Positions 36,359 to 49,639 of a stretch of DNA of 64,000 bases are shown here, in pieces. Location: the NCBI RefSeq assembly GCF_030028105.1, contig NC_092378.1, positions 35,148,715 through 35,212,714 of the forward strand. Reading direction: 5' to 3'. The stretch is from Mobula birostris. Lineage: Eukaryota. The first letter of the stretch is position 1. Each line of letters starts with the position of its first letter. Under the pieces are notes generated by a model. The model was not told the DNA's origin and did no database searches. It saw only the letters and a program-made list of their open reading frames with translations. The position numbers were made by a program, and so were the translations under genes.

Positions 36359-39300
36359 ATCCGTAATAAGTTCATGCTTTTCCAGATGTGCGTAAATCAC
36401 ATCTCTAAAAGTCTTCAATGGTTTCCCTACCTCCGACGTAAAGCAAACCGGCCTATAATTTTCTAGTTTGTCTCCATTGTCCTTCTTAAGCAGGGGCCTA
36501 ATATTGGCTATTCTCCGGTTCTCTGGGATCTTGCCTCTATCAATAACCCGGGATAGATCCCATCAGGCCCTGGATATGTATCCACTGTTCTTCAAAAGGC
36601 CCAACAGCACCTCGACCACCTTGATAGCCACATGCTTCAGATCTGAGCAAAATCCTTACTGATCTCACTTTCTTCTGTGTCCTTCATAATGAGTACTGAC
36701 GTGATTAGTCAATTCAGTAATAAATAAATTGAAAGTGAATCCAAGCACTTTGCACATGCCAGATCTCATTAGATTTAACATCTTTGTTTGTGGACTCCGT
36801 AGCTAATTTGTTCATCCTTTTGCATTGTGCCACCTTTACACATGTCGAGGTTTAGTCTTAGAACATAATCCCTCATGTGATAGCTTTCTTTAGTTTCCCA
36901 GATGAAGAATATTGTTATAGACTGGGAGTTACATTTCTTTCCTGATTATCTGCCTTCTCCAACATCACCCTCTCAATGTGCATGTGATACCTTGGGCCCC
37001 CTTTCAGGCACAGTGCATTTGCATGCAATGAATAAAAGAGCTATTTAAGTTGATGTTTAAGAGTTCTTTTATAGTTTTTGCATGTATATGGAATGTAATC
37101 ACCCTAAATAGTATCTCACAGTAACAGAACCAAAGCAAAAAAATTCTCTTCGATGAAGTGACGGTGTGGGGTGGGGGGGAGGGTGAACTTCCTACGTGTA
37201 CTAAATCACAGCTTGCAGAAAGAAACTGCAACCAAATGTGCTCTGAATTGAGGGATTAATTGTTGTGCTTCTGTTAAATTTATCTATTTTTTTGTTGCTA
37301 TGCTACAGACTGGTTTAAATCATTAACAGTATTAGCAGCCAAGGTTTTTTGGCTTTTGAGTGCACCTCCCTCTCTAAGACTGAGAGCAATCTGTTTCCAT
37401 GGTGTTTCATTATCCTAAATTCGTAAGTTGGCTAAAATGTTTCACAAATGGCTTCTAACAAATCAATGAAAATGGAACATTCATTTCCAGTTTTCCTTTA
37501 AACCATTCGTTTCTTGTCATTTGTCTATATTTCTGTTTAAGTTAAAGCTGTTTTTCCTTGGAGAACCTTTGGCTTTCTCTAACCTTTTTTCATACACCTT
37601 TCAAGTATGACTGTTGAATGGCAATCTCACCCATTCTTACCAAAGATCTATTGTAAATAGAATATGACTTGTTTATTTTTTTGAATAAGAGAATTAAGTC
37701 AAACCTAGATCTATATCCTGCCAGCCCGAACTCTTGTGTATTTATTCCATTCTGTAGAGTAGAAACAAACAGGATCATGGCCTAGCTTGCTGTAACCGTG
37801 GAAACATTAGTAGCTTTTCATGAGACTCAGTATACAATCAGGTGTTCAAGTGTCAGAAGGATTAGGGATTTTCTTTACAATGTGCTTTACTTTTTCCCTG
37901 TCAGTGAGCAGATGAACAAGGGGGTAATGTGAATGTTAGCTTGAACTTCCTTTAATCCCTTGTAGCACTTGTGTTCCACTGGTGGTGCTCAGAGTGATCC
38001 AGAGGCCTGCTTAATGCAATGCATTAACCATCAGCCTCATGTCTATTCATGACCTGTTTTGTTGAAACACGGGTGCTTAAAGTGTGAGGAAAATGATGAA
38101 GGTGTTCAGTGTTTGGATTTCTAAATAAAATCAGCTAAAGGCTACAGGAATTGATAAAACATAGCCAGGTTTCTATGCATAATTTCTGCTCTCTTTATAT
38201 TAGTTTGTGTACTGAGTTGCCAATCAGTTGCTATGATTCCACTGGAATGTTTAGTTATTGTTTATGAAGCATTACTGTTTTGTAAAAGGAGAATAAAGCT
38301 ATGAAGATGCAAATTATCTGCAGTGAAAGTTAGGTCAATGCTGGGAAACGGGATCAGTTCCTGCAGTGATCCATTTGTTAAGCATTCAGGAAGAATACTT
38401 GATACACTGGGCTTGGTACTGCTCATTGTTGGTAGTTTCTGTCTAACTAGGTGGTTAAATCAGTGAAATGGTGATAATATCTGTGCTTTCAGATAAAGGA
38501 GTATGTGCATTCTTATTTATTTGCTGACTTGTACACTCATGTCAGTTGAGGAAGACATAATTCACAGATGTACATGCGAGAGTTTTGCCTGACTCTCCCT
38601 TCGAGCTTCTTGCAGAGGATAAAACATCTTGATTTATTACTACACCCTCAGCCCTCTTTCTGTGACTGTCTGCATTAGTCACAGTGCCAGTTAACTTCCG
38701 CAGTTGACCAGAATAAGTACCACTGATTGATTGCACGTTTTGAGAGCACTATCTGCACCATAGAATTTGCTATTCAACCATAACTCAGCCATAAAATGTT
38801 AACATGTAGAGGTACAGCGGTTCAGAAGAACTGAAGGAGAACTTGGACTTTCTGCATTATAAGGAAAAGACAGCAGAGAACTGAGTTCACTCCCTCAGAG
38901 CAATACACATATAGCTTGATGGAAGGTTACTTCAGGGATTTGAGTTTGGCCCAATCTTATTAAAGCTGCTACAGTCCCCTCCCAGGGAGAACTGGGGAAA
39001 TACTTAGGGATTTTGAAAGCTCACGTTCAGCACCCTATATTTAGCAAAATCCAATATCTTTCATATGTTCTGGATTTTCAGCTGCAATTTAGTCTAAGAT
39101 GAGGCAGTCCATCCCATAACATACATTTCATTATATTAATATTTTCCACTATTTACTTCCTCTGAGAAGAAACTCAGTGGCATCTCTTGGATCTGCAGAA
39201 AAGTCTGGTGGATCCTGAGAAGTCAGCTGTGACTTGCTATAGGCATGACGATAAGAAATATAGATATTTCCAAATTGGGGAATGCCCAATCAAAGAGCAA

Positions 39301-39592
39301 CCATGGTATTGCAGATCATCACAATGCTCCTTGTCTCCTGTAAGGCTGTCATAGACAACTGTGCATCTTATAAATCGTGGGGAATTTATTGCATTGTTGC
39401 CTTTGGTTGTTAGTATGTTTGACCTTGTCTGATATGCCACAAGATCAGTGAACCAATGTTGTATCTAGTTCATCTGGTTACATCACTTTAGTTTTTGGAA
39501 CATGTATCAAAATTGTTCTATTGAGTCAATAGTAATAGAATTACCAAAGTAAACAATTTCAAATCTGCATCAAGATGTTGCTTTACTTCATA

Positions 39593-39615
39593 TTCCTTAA
39601 CTCCATGCACCATAG
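39593..39615 (+). promoter_or_regulatory. U12 branch point TTCCTTAAC plus 3' splice site
   Basis: TTCCTTAAC at 39593-39601, then TCCATGCACCATAG; the branch A is about 15 nt from the 3' splice site. Confidence 0.93.
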
Positions 39616-39800
39616 TTGTGAGCCAATGGGCAGTTTTTACGATCCGAATCCTTACAGAAAAGAACACGGAGAATCAAGAAGTGATATCCCAGATGGTACG
39701 TCAAGGTGTAGCGGATAATGCTATGCTAAGCAGCATGGGATTACAGGTGCAAGAAAAAAATGGAAAACTTTACGTCAAGTCGCAGGAGAAGTCTGGATAG
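39616..39800 (+). CDS. ATXN10: ATXN10 last coding exon, (F)VSQWAVFTIRILTEKNTENQEVISQMVRQGVADNAMLSSMGLQVQEKNGKLYVKSQEKSG*
   Basis: ORF 39618..39800 resembles human FLTQWVIYAIRNLTEDNSQNQDLIAKMEEQGLADASLLKKVGFEVEKKGEKL. The phase fits the upstream exon (T|TT = Phe of the NPF motif). Preceded by catAG at 39611-39615. Confidence 0.95.
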
Positions 39801-40384
39801 CTGCATGGAGAGAATCATTTGCTAGAAAATATTTTGACAACGTGGATCCATTTTCCCAGTCATTTGGCACACCAAGAGGAAAATATAAATGAACAAGATG
39901 AAAGCAGTGATGGAAAATGGTTCTGTGTTTAAAATACACAGTGTTATTTATTTCTCCCTCTAGATAGTCAACAATCTGGTATCAAGAGTCTCACAGTACT
40001 ATGATATGCAGGTTAAGTGTGACTGGTGATAAGTATGTTAACTATACACGAGAATAATTATCTTCAACTTAACCGGATTGAAATCTGATTAGACAATAAT
40101 GTTCTGAATTATATATAATTAATCATGGGTATAAAAATTGATTTGAGTTTCTGCAAACCCATGTCAAACAATAGAACATTGAACATTTCACAAAGATGCT
40201 GATTAATGTAGGAAGCTAAATCAGAAGAATTTCTGTAGTTAGTAAGATTTGAACTTGTAGGGAGATGTTAGCATTTTTTCAAATTCACACAAAATATTTT
40301 GTCATTAAAACAATGAAATTGAGTGTGATGATCTCAAGAATTAAACGCTGTTATCATTCATGGAGACTATTTTCATTCATAGTC

Positions 40385-40682
40385 GTCTTGCAAGACCATG
40401 GACCTGCGCCTGGAAAGTCTTCACTCTCCAGGACGCAGGCCTGGGCAAGGTTGTTATGGAAGACCAGCAGTTGCCCATGCTACAAGCCCCCCCTCTCCAC
40501 GACACCGATGTTTTCCAAGGGAAGGGCAAGGGCTGATACAGCTTGGCACCAGTGTCGTCGCAGAGCACTGTGTGGTTAAGTGCCTTGCTCAAGGACACAA
40601 CACGCTGCCTCGGCTGAGGCTCAAACTCACAACCTTCAGATCGCCAGTCGAATGCCTTAACCACTTGGCCACGTGCCTACAC
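40385..40682 (-). mobile_element. tRNA-derived CORE-like SINE (same family as 18660), antisense in the likely ATXN10 3' UTR
   Basis: Reverse complement highly similar to 18660-18930; 9-bp TSD ttcatagtc at 40376-40384 and 40683-40691. Confidence 0.88.
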
Positions 40683-40882
40683 TTCATAGTCAAGATGTGC
40701 TTATAATTATTCAGTATAAATGTATTCACATAAATATTTAATCAGTCTTTCAACTATTCATTATTTACAATAACTGTTGCCATTATTGAAATATTATAAT
40801 ATTGTTGCGCTGAATCCCATATTCTAAACAAAGTTGGAGAAAGGTTTCAGTAGCTCTATCTGCTAATCAGGTTTAGGTGAGT

Positions 40883-40888
40883 AATAAA
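40883..40888 (+). terminator. Candidate ATXN10 polyadenylation signal AATAAA
   Basis: First canonical AATAAA seen after the stop codon, followed by GU/U-rich sequence (ttttgttgtc). ATTAAA variants occur earlier, near 40304. Confidence 0.4.
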
Positions 40889-41359
40889 GCCTTGTTAATT
40901 GGATATTTTGTTGTCGGACAGTTTGAATCATCATGATAGTTAAATATGTTTTCAGGTTTAGGGTTTAAGAGGGTGTCTGTAATTATGCAGTAGAATTATA
41001 AAGGGGGTTTGGACTGAGAACCTGAAATTGCTGAAAATGGTGGAGGCAAAATAGATAAGGTTCTCTCTGGCTATTATAAGAGGATTGAAAAACTGAAAAT
41101 GTCCTGTGTATAAATCATTCCCACACATACACACTCTTCTCTCATTCCATTTCCCACTGGACCCTTCCTTCACTGCTGCCTTTAGCATATACCTCACAGC
41201 AACTTCTGCCTTTGTTCATTTCCACCTCCCCTGCCTGACCTGGTGTTCTTGAGGGAGAGGGACATAAATGATCTGCAGTGCTGTGAATGATATTGCTCAA
41301 TATGAGATAGTGGCCAGGGAGATTAATGAGGGGGAGGAATGGTGAGGGACTAGGACATT

Positions 41360-42115
41360 ACAACGAAAGAATAGGAGCAGAAGGCGACCATCTGGGTCTT
41401 AGAGCACGCTCCACGATTCAGTAAGATCATGGTTAATCTGGCTGTGGGCTCAGCTCCACCTCCCTGCCTTTTCCCCATAACCCTTAATTATTTGGTTATG
41501 TGAAAATCTACCAAACTGAGTCTAAAATGTATTTAATAAGGTGGCCTCTACTGCTTCATCGGGAAGAGAATTCCACAGATCCACTATTCTGTGAAAAAAG
41601 CAGTTTCTCCTCATCTCTATCCTAAATCTGTTCTCCCGAATCTTGATGCTGTGTTCCCCCTAGTTCTAGTCTCACTTACCAGTAAAAACAGCTTTCCTGC
41701 CTCTACCTTATCTATCCTTTTCATAATTGTATTTGTTTCTGTAAAATCCCCTCTCATTGTAATGAATTCCAGTGAGTATAGCCCCAGGTGACTCAATTTC
41801 TCCTCATAGGTTAACCCCCTCATCACTGGAATCAACCTAGTGAACCTCCTCTGTATCCCCTCTGAAGACGGTATGTCTTTCCTCATAAGGAGACTGGAAC
41901 TGTACACAGTGCTCCAGGTGCAGCCTCACCAGTACCCCGTACAGATGCAGCATAACCTTTCAGTTCTTCGGTTCATTCCTCTAGCAAAGAAGAAGAACGT
42001 TCCACTTGCCTTTTTGATAACTGCAAATAAGCCTTTTGCAATTCATACACAAGCACTACCAAGCCCCTTTGCTCAACAGCGTTCTGCAGTCTTGCACCAT
42101 TTTAAATAATAATCT
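41360..42115 (-). mobile_element. CR1 LINE 3' fragment (second family)
   Basis: ORF 41617..41907 EGIQRRFTRLIPVMRGLTYEEKLSHLGLYSLEF...RGD...TRTRGN. Confidence 0.85.
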
Positions 42116-44049
42116 GAAGGATAGAGTGTGAGATGACCATCCTTCTGAAATTCATGGAAGGAATATTTCCATCAGATCCACTGTGTATTACCCAATCTTA
42201 AGACTGAAGACAACTAAGGAAGGTTCCCACTTCAATGTATCATCAATGATACAGATATTAACGCTTGCCTTGTTAAAGCTACTGTTGTTTCTATGTGTTT
42301 AACCAACTGTCTATGAAATGAGCAGAGTGCACTTCTGAAAACGAAAGCTCTCGTTGTATTTGTAGGGTTCTGGATCATTGCTACCGCATTTTAAAACTTG
42401 ATAGACTATTTCATCATTCTCCTGAAGTCTGCTTGTAGGTGGCTTTAAGGTATCAAGCACGTGAGTCAGTCACCACATGATATCCAGCCTCTGACCTGTT
42501 ACTGTAGCACTGTGTTCATGGCTGGTCAGGATGATCAGCGGCACCACCCCTCAAAATCTGGACCATGCAACCAAGTTACAAAAGACAAAGCTACTATCAC
42601 ACAAGCCACATGATTGTTGTCTGATCTTGAGTGACCTTCAGTAGAAGCCATCAGTGAATTAGCCAAAGTTCTGTACCGTCAATGGACAACCAACTGATCT
42701 TTGTGATATTTTTAACCTTATTTGTAGATTACTTGCATCGTACAATAGAATTTGAGATGAATGAAACCCATCATTTAATAGTTCAATCTAGGACTGTTAA
42801 TGCAAAATTTTAAAAGCACATGCAAAACATGCGATGTTTAGTTTCTGTAATTACAATGAATTCAACGTATCGTTGTCCTAAAAATGATTACAACTTTTCA
42901 AGTGCAAAATAATGTTATGAAACAATTTGACATTGGATACTTTCTGAGGAATATTTAAAGCTAGGTTGAGTGGCATTTGGTTTGGCAAAATTGAATAAAT
43001 GAGGAACTAGAAAGCAGGTCAAATTTTACATTTAGGATTTCCATTTAAAGTATACAATTATTTTTAATCTAAAAGTTCCTAATTTCTAGCATCTGTTTAT
43101 TTTCATTAAGATCATAAATTGGTCAATGCTGTTTAATTTGTACCAGGCATCCTTCAAATATTCTTGTGCAAAAATGACATCGAGCTACCACTGTTACAAC
43201 TAACCTTATAAATTAAAATCTTTCTTAAAGGGTTATATTTTAAAATCACACTTTTTAGGATTTTTTTGTTTAAGAAATGAATTACCTTCTGCTATGGGTG
43301 CTGGCTATCTCCTGAAGCCCTGAGGGAGTATACACGCCTTCTGCTATTTGTGTGATAAATTGTCTGAGAAACTCTCACCTTAACTGTGATCCATGGCATG
43401 TTTCTACAATTGGCTCTGCTTTCTATCATGTTTAACGTTGTGAAAATGTTGGGGTTTTTTAATCATCTTTGTTGTGAGTGCTAAGGTGCAGACACCTGAT
43501 AGAAATGCTAGCCATGAAATATTCAGCAGAAAAAAAGGAAAGACTGAAATAAAAGTAAAATATGGTCGAAATTCAGGTCTAGCCACTTTGAAAGACAAAA
43601 CCAAATGTTTTGGGTGTGGAGCTTTGATCAGAACTGAAAACTAAAAGATGAAACCTTTTTCAAAGCTGGTTCAAATGAGTGGTTGTATCTTGTATCCTAT
43701 TCTGAAAAGCTGTTTATCTCATGTCATGTACTTGCAATGTACTCATTAGCCTTGGTGATTAACAATGATTAAGGGTGAAATTACTTCAGCAATGAGGATA
43801 TAAAAGAGGTAAACAAGTGGTAGGTAAGATTAAGGAAAAAGACTTAACACCATAACAGAAATATAGGCTTTAGTGGCTGTGAAATGGTAGAACGTGCAAG
43901 GTCTAAGCAACATGCTGTACATAAAATGGACAGTATTTTGGAGGAAGTTTTAACTTTCACATGGATCTGAATAAGAAGACTAGTGCATCAGAAGTATGAA
44001 TTGTGTAAGTGTTTGGAATAGTTATGTTCCCTAGTTGTTAATGTCAACT

Positions 44050-46015
44050 CAAGGCAAGTTTGTTTAATGTTAGTTCCAGTACACAAGTGTAAAGGAGAAC
44101 AGAATAATTGTTACCCTGGATCCGATACAGCACAAAAAAAACACAATAGGGTAAAGAGCACAATAATAACAATAAAAAGCTACAATAAATATAAATACAT
44201 TAGATAGCTTATGTACATAAGATTGATTGTATGTCCATAAGTGATACCAGACACAGCAGTGTCTGTACATAAGCTGACTGAAAGGAAATGATAAAGTAGT
44301 GGTAGTTAGAGGTGTGGAGGGGTGGAGCAGTTGATCAGCTCTACTGCTTGAGGAAAGTAACTGTTTTTGAGTCTGGTGGTCCTGACGTGGATGTTATGTA
44401 GCCTCCTTCCTGATGGGTGTGAGACAAATAGTCCATGAGCAGAGCGTATGGGATCCTTCATTATGTTCCTGGACCTTTCCCAGCATCTTTCTGTATTTAT
44501 GTCCTTGACTGCAGGTAGGCTGGTGCCGGTGATGTATTGGACAGTTTTAACTACCCGTTGTAGAACCTTCCTGCCCATTGCAGTGTAGTTTCTGTACCAC
44601 GCAGTGATGCAGCTTGTTAGGATGCTCTTATTGCACATCTGCAGAATGATATGGATATACTGTAGATGTGCATAGCCCAGTTCTCTTCAGCCTCCTCTGA
44701 AAGTTGAGGCGTTGGTGAGCTTTCGTGATTGTGTGGAATGTATTCTGGGGCCATGAGAGGTTGTGTGAGATCTGCACTCCCAGGAGTTTGACACTGCTCA
44801 CTGTTTCCACTGCTGTGCCACCGATGTAAAGAGAGGTGTGAGGGTGTGAGTTCTCCTGAGGTTGATAATTATTGCCTTTGTCTTGTTGACATTGAGGGGA
44901 AGTGGTTATTTGCCTGGCACCAGGCCTCAGACTCTTCCAGCTCCTCTCCATAGGCCATCTCATCGTTGTTGGTGATGAGCCCCTCCACTGTTGTGTAATT
45001 GGCAAATTTGATAATGTGATGATTTGGGTATTTGGCCATGCTATCATGTGTGAGCAGAGTATACACCAATGGGCTCAGCACACAGCCCTGGGGAGCACCC
45101 GTTTAAGAATGATGGGGAGGGAAGAGCATCCTGACTATCTGAGGTCTGTTGTTTGGGAAGTCCAACACCCGGTTGGTATTTAGACCAAAGAGTAGGAGTA
45201 TTTACACCAAGGTCTGTGGACAACATGTTGAATGCTAAACTGAAATCTAGAAACAGGATTCTGCCATAAGTGTCCTAGTTTTCTAAGTGTGTCAGGGCCA
45301 CGTGCATGACCGATGCTATGACATCTGTCATAGAACGGTTCTGTCAGTAAGCATAATGGTGATTGTCCAATGTGGCAGGAATGGAGTTTTTGATATGTGC
45401 CTTTACCAGCTGTTCAAAGCACTTCATGATGATTGGCCACAGGTCAGTAGTCATTTAGTTCTAAAGGTGTAGAGTTCTTTGGTAAAGGGGTGAGGGTGAC
45501 TAAGTTTGAAGTATGTGGGGACTGCAGCCTGGATGAGTGAAGTGTTGAAGACATCATTGAGCTTGTGTGCACACTCCCCGAGTACGCGGCTTGCGATGTT
45601 ACCTGGCTGGCCACCTTACAGGAGCTGACTCTCTGCAGAGTCCTTCTCACACCTGCTGCTGTTAGAGACAGTGGCTGCTGACCTTGGGAGGGTGGGGGGC
45701 AGTGTTGTGTTGCGTGCCGCAAAGTGTGTATAAAAATTGTTTAGAGCATCAGGGAGGGAGGCATGCTGTTTCTCCTTGCATAATCAGTAATGCCCTTGAT
45801 GCCAGTCATATATGTCAGGGATTGTTATCGGACAGGTGTTCCTGAATTTTTGAGCGTAGGTGGTCTTTAGCCACTTGATTCCTGAGATGAGGTTTCTCTG
45901 AGCTGTTCTATTACTAAGTTTGAAGGCTTTTAGTAGAGACCCACCTCAGCATTCAGCCAGGGCTTCTGGTTACCCCATGAGATTACTGTTCTTGAGGTGC
46001 CAATGCCGTTGCACA
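44050..46015 (-). mobile_element. Rex1/Babar-type LINE, decayed
   Basis: ORFs 44306..44638 (SILTSCITAWY...SGRRL...RTTRLKNSYFPQAV), 44628..45047, 44869..45081 (LSPLVYTLLTHD...IIKFAN) and 45444..45722. Confidence 0.88.
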
Positions 46016-47659
46016 CTGAAGTGACAAGAAAGCCAGTTGTGTTAGATTGTGTATTGGCTAAAAGTTCACTAATATTCATCGAAGAGAGAATATTTATTTC
46101 TTACCCAAATCTAGACTCTTTGTCACTATTATGAGTTACTCCCTAATTGAACTTCTGCATTAGGCTAAATGTGACTACAGATTTATTTAGTATGGTTGAC
46201 TCTTAAGTTGGCCCCTGAAATGGTTTGCTGATCCAATCTGCTCATGTAGGAATTAGAGACCTACCATATGTTAAAACACTGGCCTTCCCAGTGACGAACA
46301 GATCCCGTGAAGAAAAATCTGGGTTTCATTAATAGTCTAACTCTACAAAGAAATATATCCAAGTTTTTTTCTTCTGTTTGGGAAAAAGAGGAACCTCAAA
46401 AATAATACCAAAATTTTAGATTTTGTTAAATTTGACTTCATCCCACTGAGGCAGAATAAGCAGATGTGTTTAGTGGCTGTTGTTTAAAAAGGGATTCAGT
46501 TTGATGTGGAGCCTATCCCCTAACAAGAAAACTGTATAAATGGGCAACTTGAGGTAGGGAGCAACCAATGAAACTAAAACTAAAAACATTTCAAAGGCAG
46601 AAACCAGCAAAGATTCTGGCAACTAGGCAACAAAGGCTTTTTTGGAAAAGGTATGTGAAAGCTACAGAAAGCTGATCAAAATTGACTTTAAAATATGCAT
46701 TAGGCAACTTGTTCATCAGTGATAGTGTAAATAAAAATACAATGTTGGATATGTTGAATAACCACATTTGGTCAGGAGTTACAGCAGGTGGAGAGCATCT
46801 CAAAGAAAACTGATCTTGAATTGAGGACAGAAATCTTCCATAATAACCAGATAACATTGATTAATACAATAAGCATGCTAAAGAATGATAATCTTCAGAA
46901 CAACATGATTTCCATCTCAAGCTTTTAAATGACTTGATTAAGATCTCCCATGCATTCCAGGATCTGATATTCTAAAAGACCAGACAGACTGATATCTATT
47001 GTCATTAAGCTATTAATCAAGGATCCTCACTAAACACTGAAAATTTTCACTTGATCAAGGTGATTCACCTTGAATTTGTAAGGTGAAGGCAGACTAGAAG
47101 AACCTGATTAGTAATAAGATGATCTCAGTGGTTGGAATGGCAATGGATATGATTTGCAAGAACTTCTATTTGCTCAGTTTGTTTTGGATCTGGCCAGTCA
47201 CAGGCAGGACAGAACTTGTTGCCCATTTTTAGTTGCCCTTGAACTGCGTGGCTTCTGGCAGCTGCGTTTAAGTTGCTGAGCTGCAGTGGTGGGATTTGAA
47301 CTTGGGTCTCTGGATAGTTAGTCTTGGCCTTGGATTGTTAATCGTAAAACCTAACTAAGCCACCATCACCACATTTGATAAAGGTACTTACAAGAGACCA
47401 TCAGCTAAGATATAATTTAATCAAATGAATCCAAATTTTTTACCTGGTTAGGAAAATGGCTGAGCAGCAAGAAACAGGAGGAATCATAGACTGGTACTCA
47501 AATTGTCAGAAACTTATGGTTTGCTTTGGATGATTGCATCAATACAATTGCCTTGAGGTAAACTATGGTGATGATTGATGAAATCTTATCTGCCCTATGG
47601 CAGCTTTTATCCCAGCCCATACAGTGCTTCTTTTCAAATTAAATTAATTAAATATCTTA

Positions 47660-48941
47660 AATATCTTTATCTTTATTGTCATTGTTGTGGAGCAATGAAA
47701 CACAGTTTAGCAGCTCAACGTTTTGCAGCATGACAAAGAATATATACATAAAATAAACTCTAAAACCTCAGGAGTGCAGTCCAAAATTAATAATATATGG
47801 ATGGGGGTGTAGGACTATTGCACACCTGCCATTACTGGAAGTGTGATGCATTTAGCTACCACCGTCTTAGGAGGGGGGCAGGAGAAGGGAAGGGGGTGTT
47901 ATACATTTCATTGCTTGTGGGTAGAAGCTGTTAAGGAGTCTCTTTGTTTTCGTCCTAAAGGCTCTGTATCTCTTCCCAGAAGGTAGAGGGGAAAACAGGT
48001 GATGTCCAGGATGAGTGGGATCCTTTGAAACACAAGTAGCCTTCTTTTGAAGTCTGCCAGTATAAATGTCTCTGAGGGAGGGTAATATTGTGCCAATAAC
48101 CCACTCTGCTACCCTCACCACCCGCTGCAAGTCCTTCCTGTTCTGTCCTGTGCAGCTGGCAAACCACACTGCACAACAGTACATCAGGAGGCTCTCTATA
48201 GTTGTCCGATAGAAGTTGATCAGCAGGTGATGAGGGAGGAGAGCGTACTTTAGCTTCCTTAGGAAATAGAGCCTCTGTTGGGCCTTCCCCACCTGATAAG
48301 AGATATGGGCAGTCCAGGTGAGGTCAGCCGAGATGTGGACGCCAAGGAACTTGAAACTCTCTACTCTCTCCACCTCTTTTCCGTATATGTGCAGAGCAGA
48401 GTGCTCGACGCGCTTTGATTTCCTGAAGTCTACTATCAGCTCCTTGGTTTTTGTGATGTTCGAGTCCAGGTTATTATGACAACACCATTCTGTCAAATGC
48501 TGTACCTCCTCCCTGTAGGCTGTCTCATCACAGTCTGATATGATAATTATTAGGGTGGTATCGTCAGCAAATTTGACAATGGTGTTGGTGGAGTGAATGG
48601 TAGAGTAGTCATGGGAGAAAAGAGAATAGAGGATGAGGCTGAGAACACACCCCTGTGGTGTACCGGTGTTCAGGATGAGAGTAGATGACGTGTGTTCTCC
48701 CATCCTGACACTTTGGGGTCTGTTACTCAGAAAATCCAGTATCCATGAGCACAGTGAACTGCCAAGGCCCAGGTTGCTCAATTTCTGCACCAGTTTGTAG
48801 GGGATGACTGTATTAAAAGCTGAGCTGTAGTCCACAAACAGCATTCTTACATAGGTGTTATCCTGATCCAGGTTTGTAAGGGCTGTGTGGAGAGCTGTGA
48901 TGACTGCATCCTCGGTCGATCTATTTGCATGATATGCAAAT
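47660..48941 (-). mobile_element. Rex1/Babar-type LINE, 5'-truncated, with an uninterrupted RT frame
   Basis: 325-aa ORF 47867..48844 ([29 protein letters not shown]); the frame is open upstream to [13 protein letters not shown] at 48940. Confidence 0.92.
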
Positions 48942-49639
48942 CATCCCATAGTCCCCTTTCTTCCCTCAAATTCTTCTCCCTGATCATACTACACTTGCCC
49001 CCGATCCACGTTCTCGCTCTCCTTGCTTGCTCTCTTTCACATTCTCACTCTCTCTTTTTCAGTTTTCCCATAGTCTTGCACACGGATAGTGCCATCTTTG
49101 AGCATTGCATTGCTCCATTGTATCAGTCTTGCCTCACATCTCTCTTACCTCACTCAAACCTGCTTCTTACATTATCACCTCTAGAAAGAGCTCACTCCAA
49201 ATTTATTGACATCTATATTCTCAAAATCCTATCTACCTCCTTCATGGTCTTATACTTGCTATAACACTTTTGGAGGCCCACCTTCAATGCATTCATTCTC
49301 ACTAAAGTTATTCCTCCAACATTGGATATTTTCCAGTCACAACCGCCATCACCACTTCCTGCAGTCCAAGGGATGTGGAGTGGAATACGATGGACAACTA
49401 GTTTAGTTCTTGCTCTCATGTCCCAAAGCTGTTCACTACTGCAGGATTATCAAAAGGTGCAAAGTTAAGCTCTAGTTTCCTTTGCCTACCATAAGCCTTT
49501 CTCTTAAACTTCTCATCCTATCTCCCCTATCCTGACTACTTTCTCTCTTGTCCTGGTCTCCAAACTGACAGACTGCAGGGTCAATGTACAGCACTTGATG
49601 AACAGAAATTTCCTCCAACAAGTTTTTGGGATAATTTTG

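Larger units (their letters stand above)
35077..36700 (-). mobile_element. Fragmented CR1 LINE interrupted by two PLE-derived insertions
   Basis: Homology to the 27.3-29 kb CR1 at 35077-35503, 35780-36172 and 36373-36700. Confidence 0.75.
14314..39615 (+). other. ATXN10: U12-type (minor spliceosome) GT-AG intron of ATXN10, 25,302 nt including two N gaps
   Basis: Donor GTATCCTTT; branch TTCCTTAAC ending 14 nt before the intron end; no polypyrimidine tract; reading frame continuous across the join. Confidence 0.93.
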
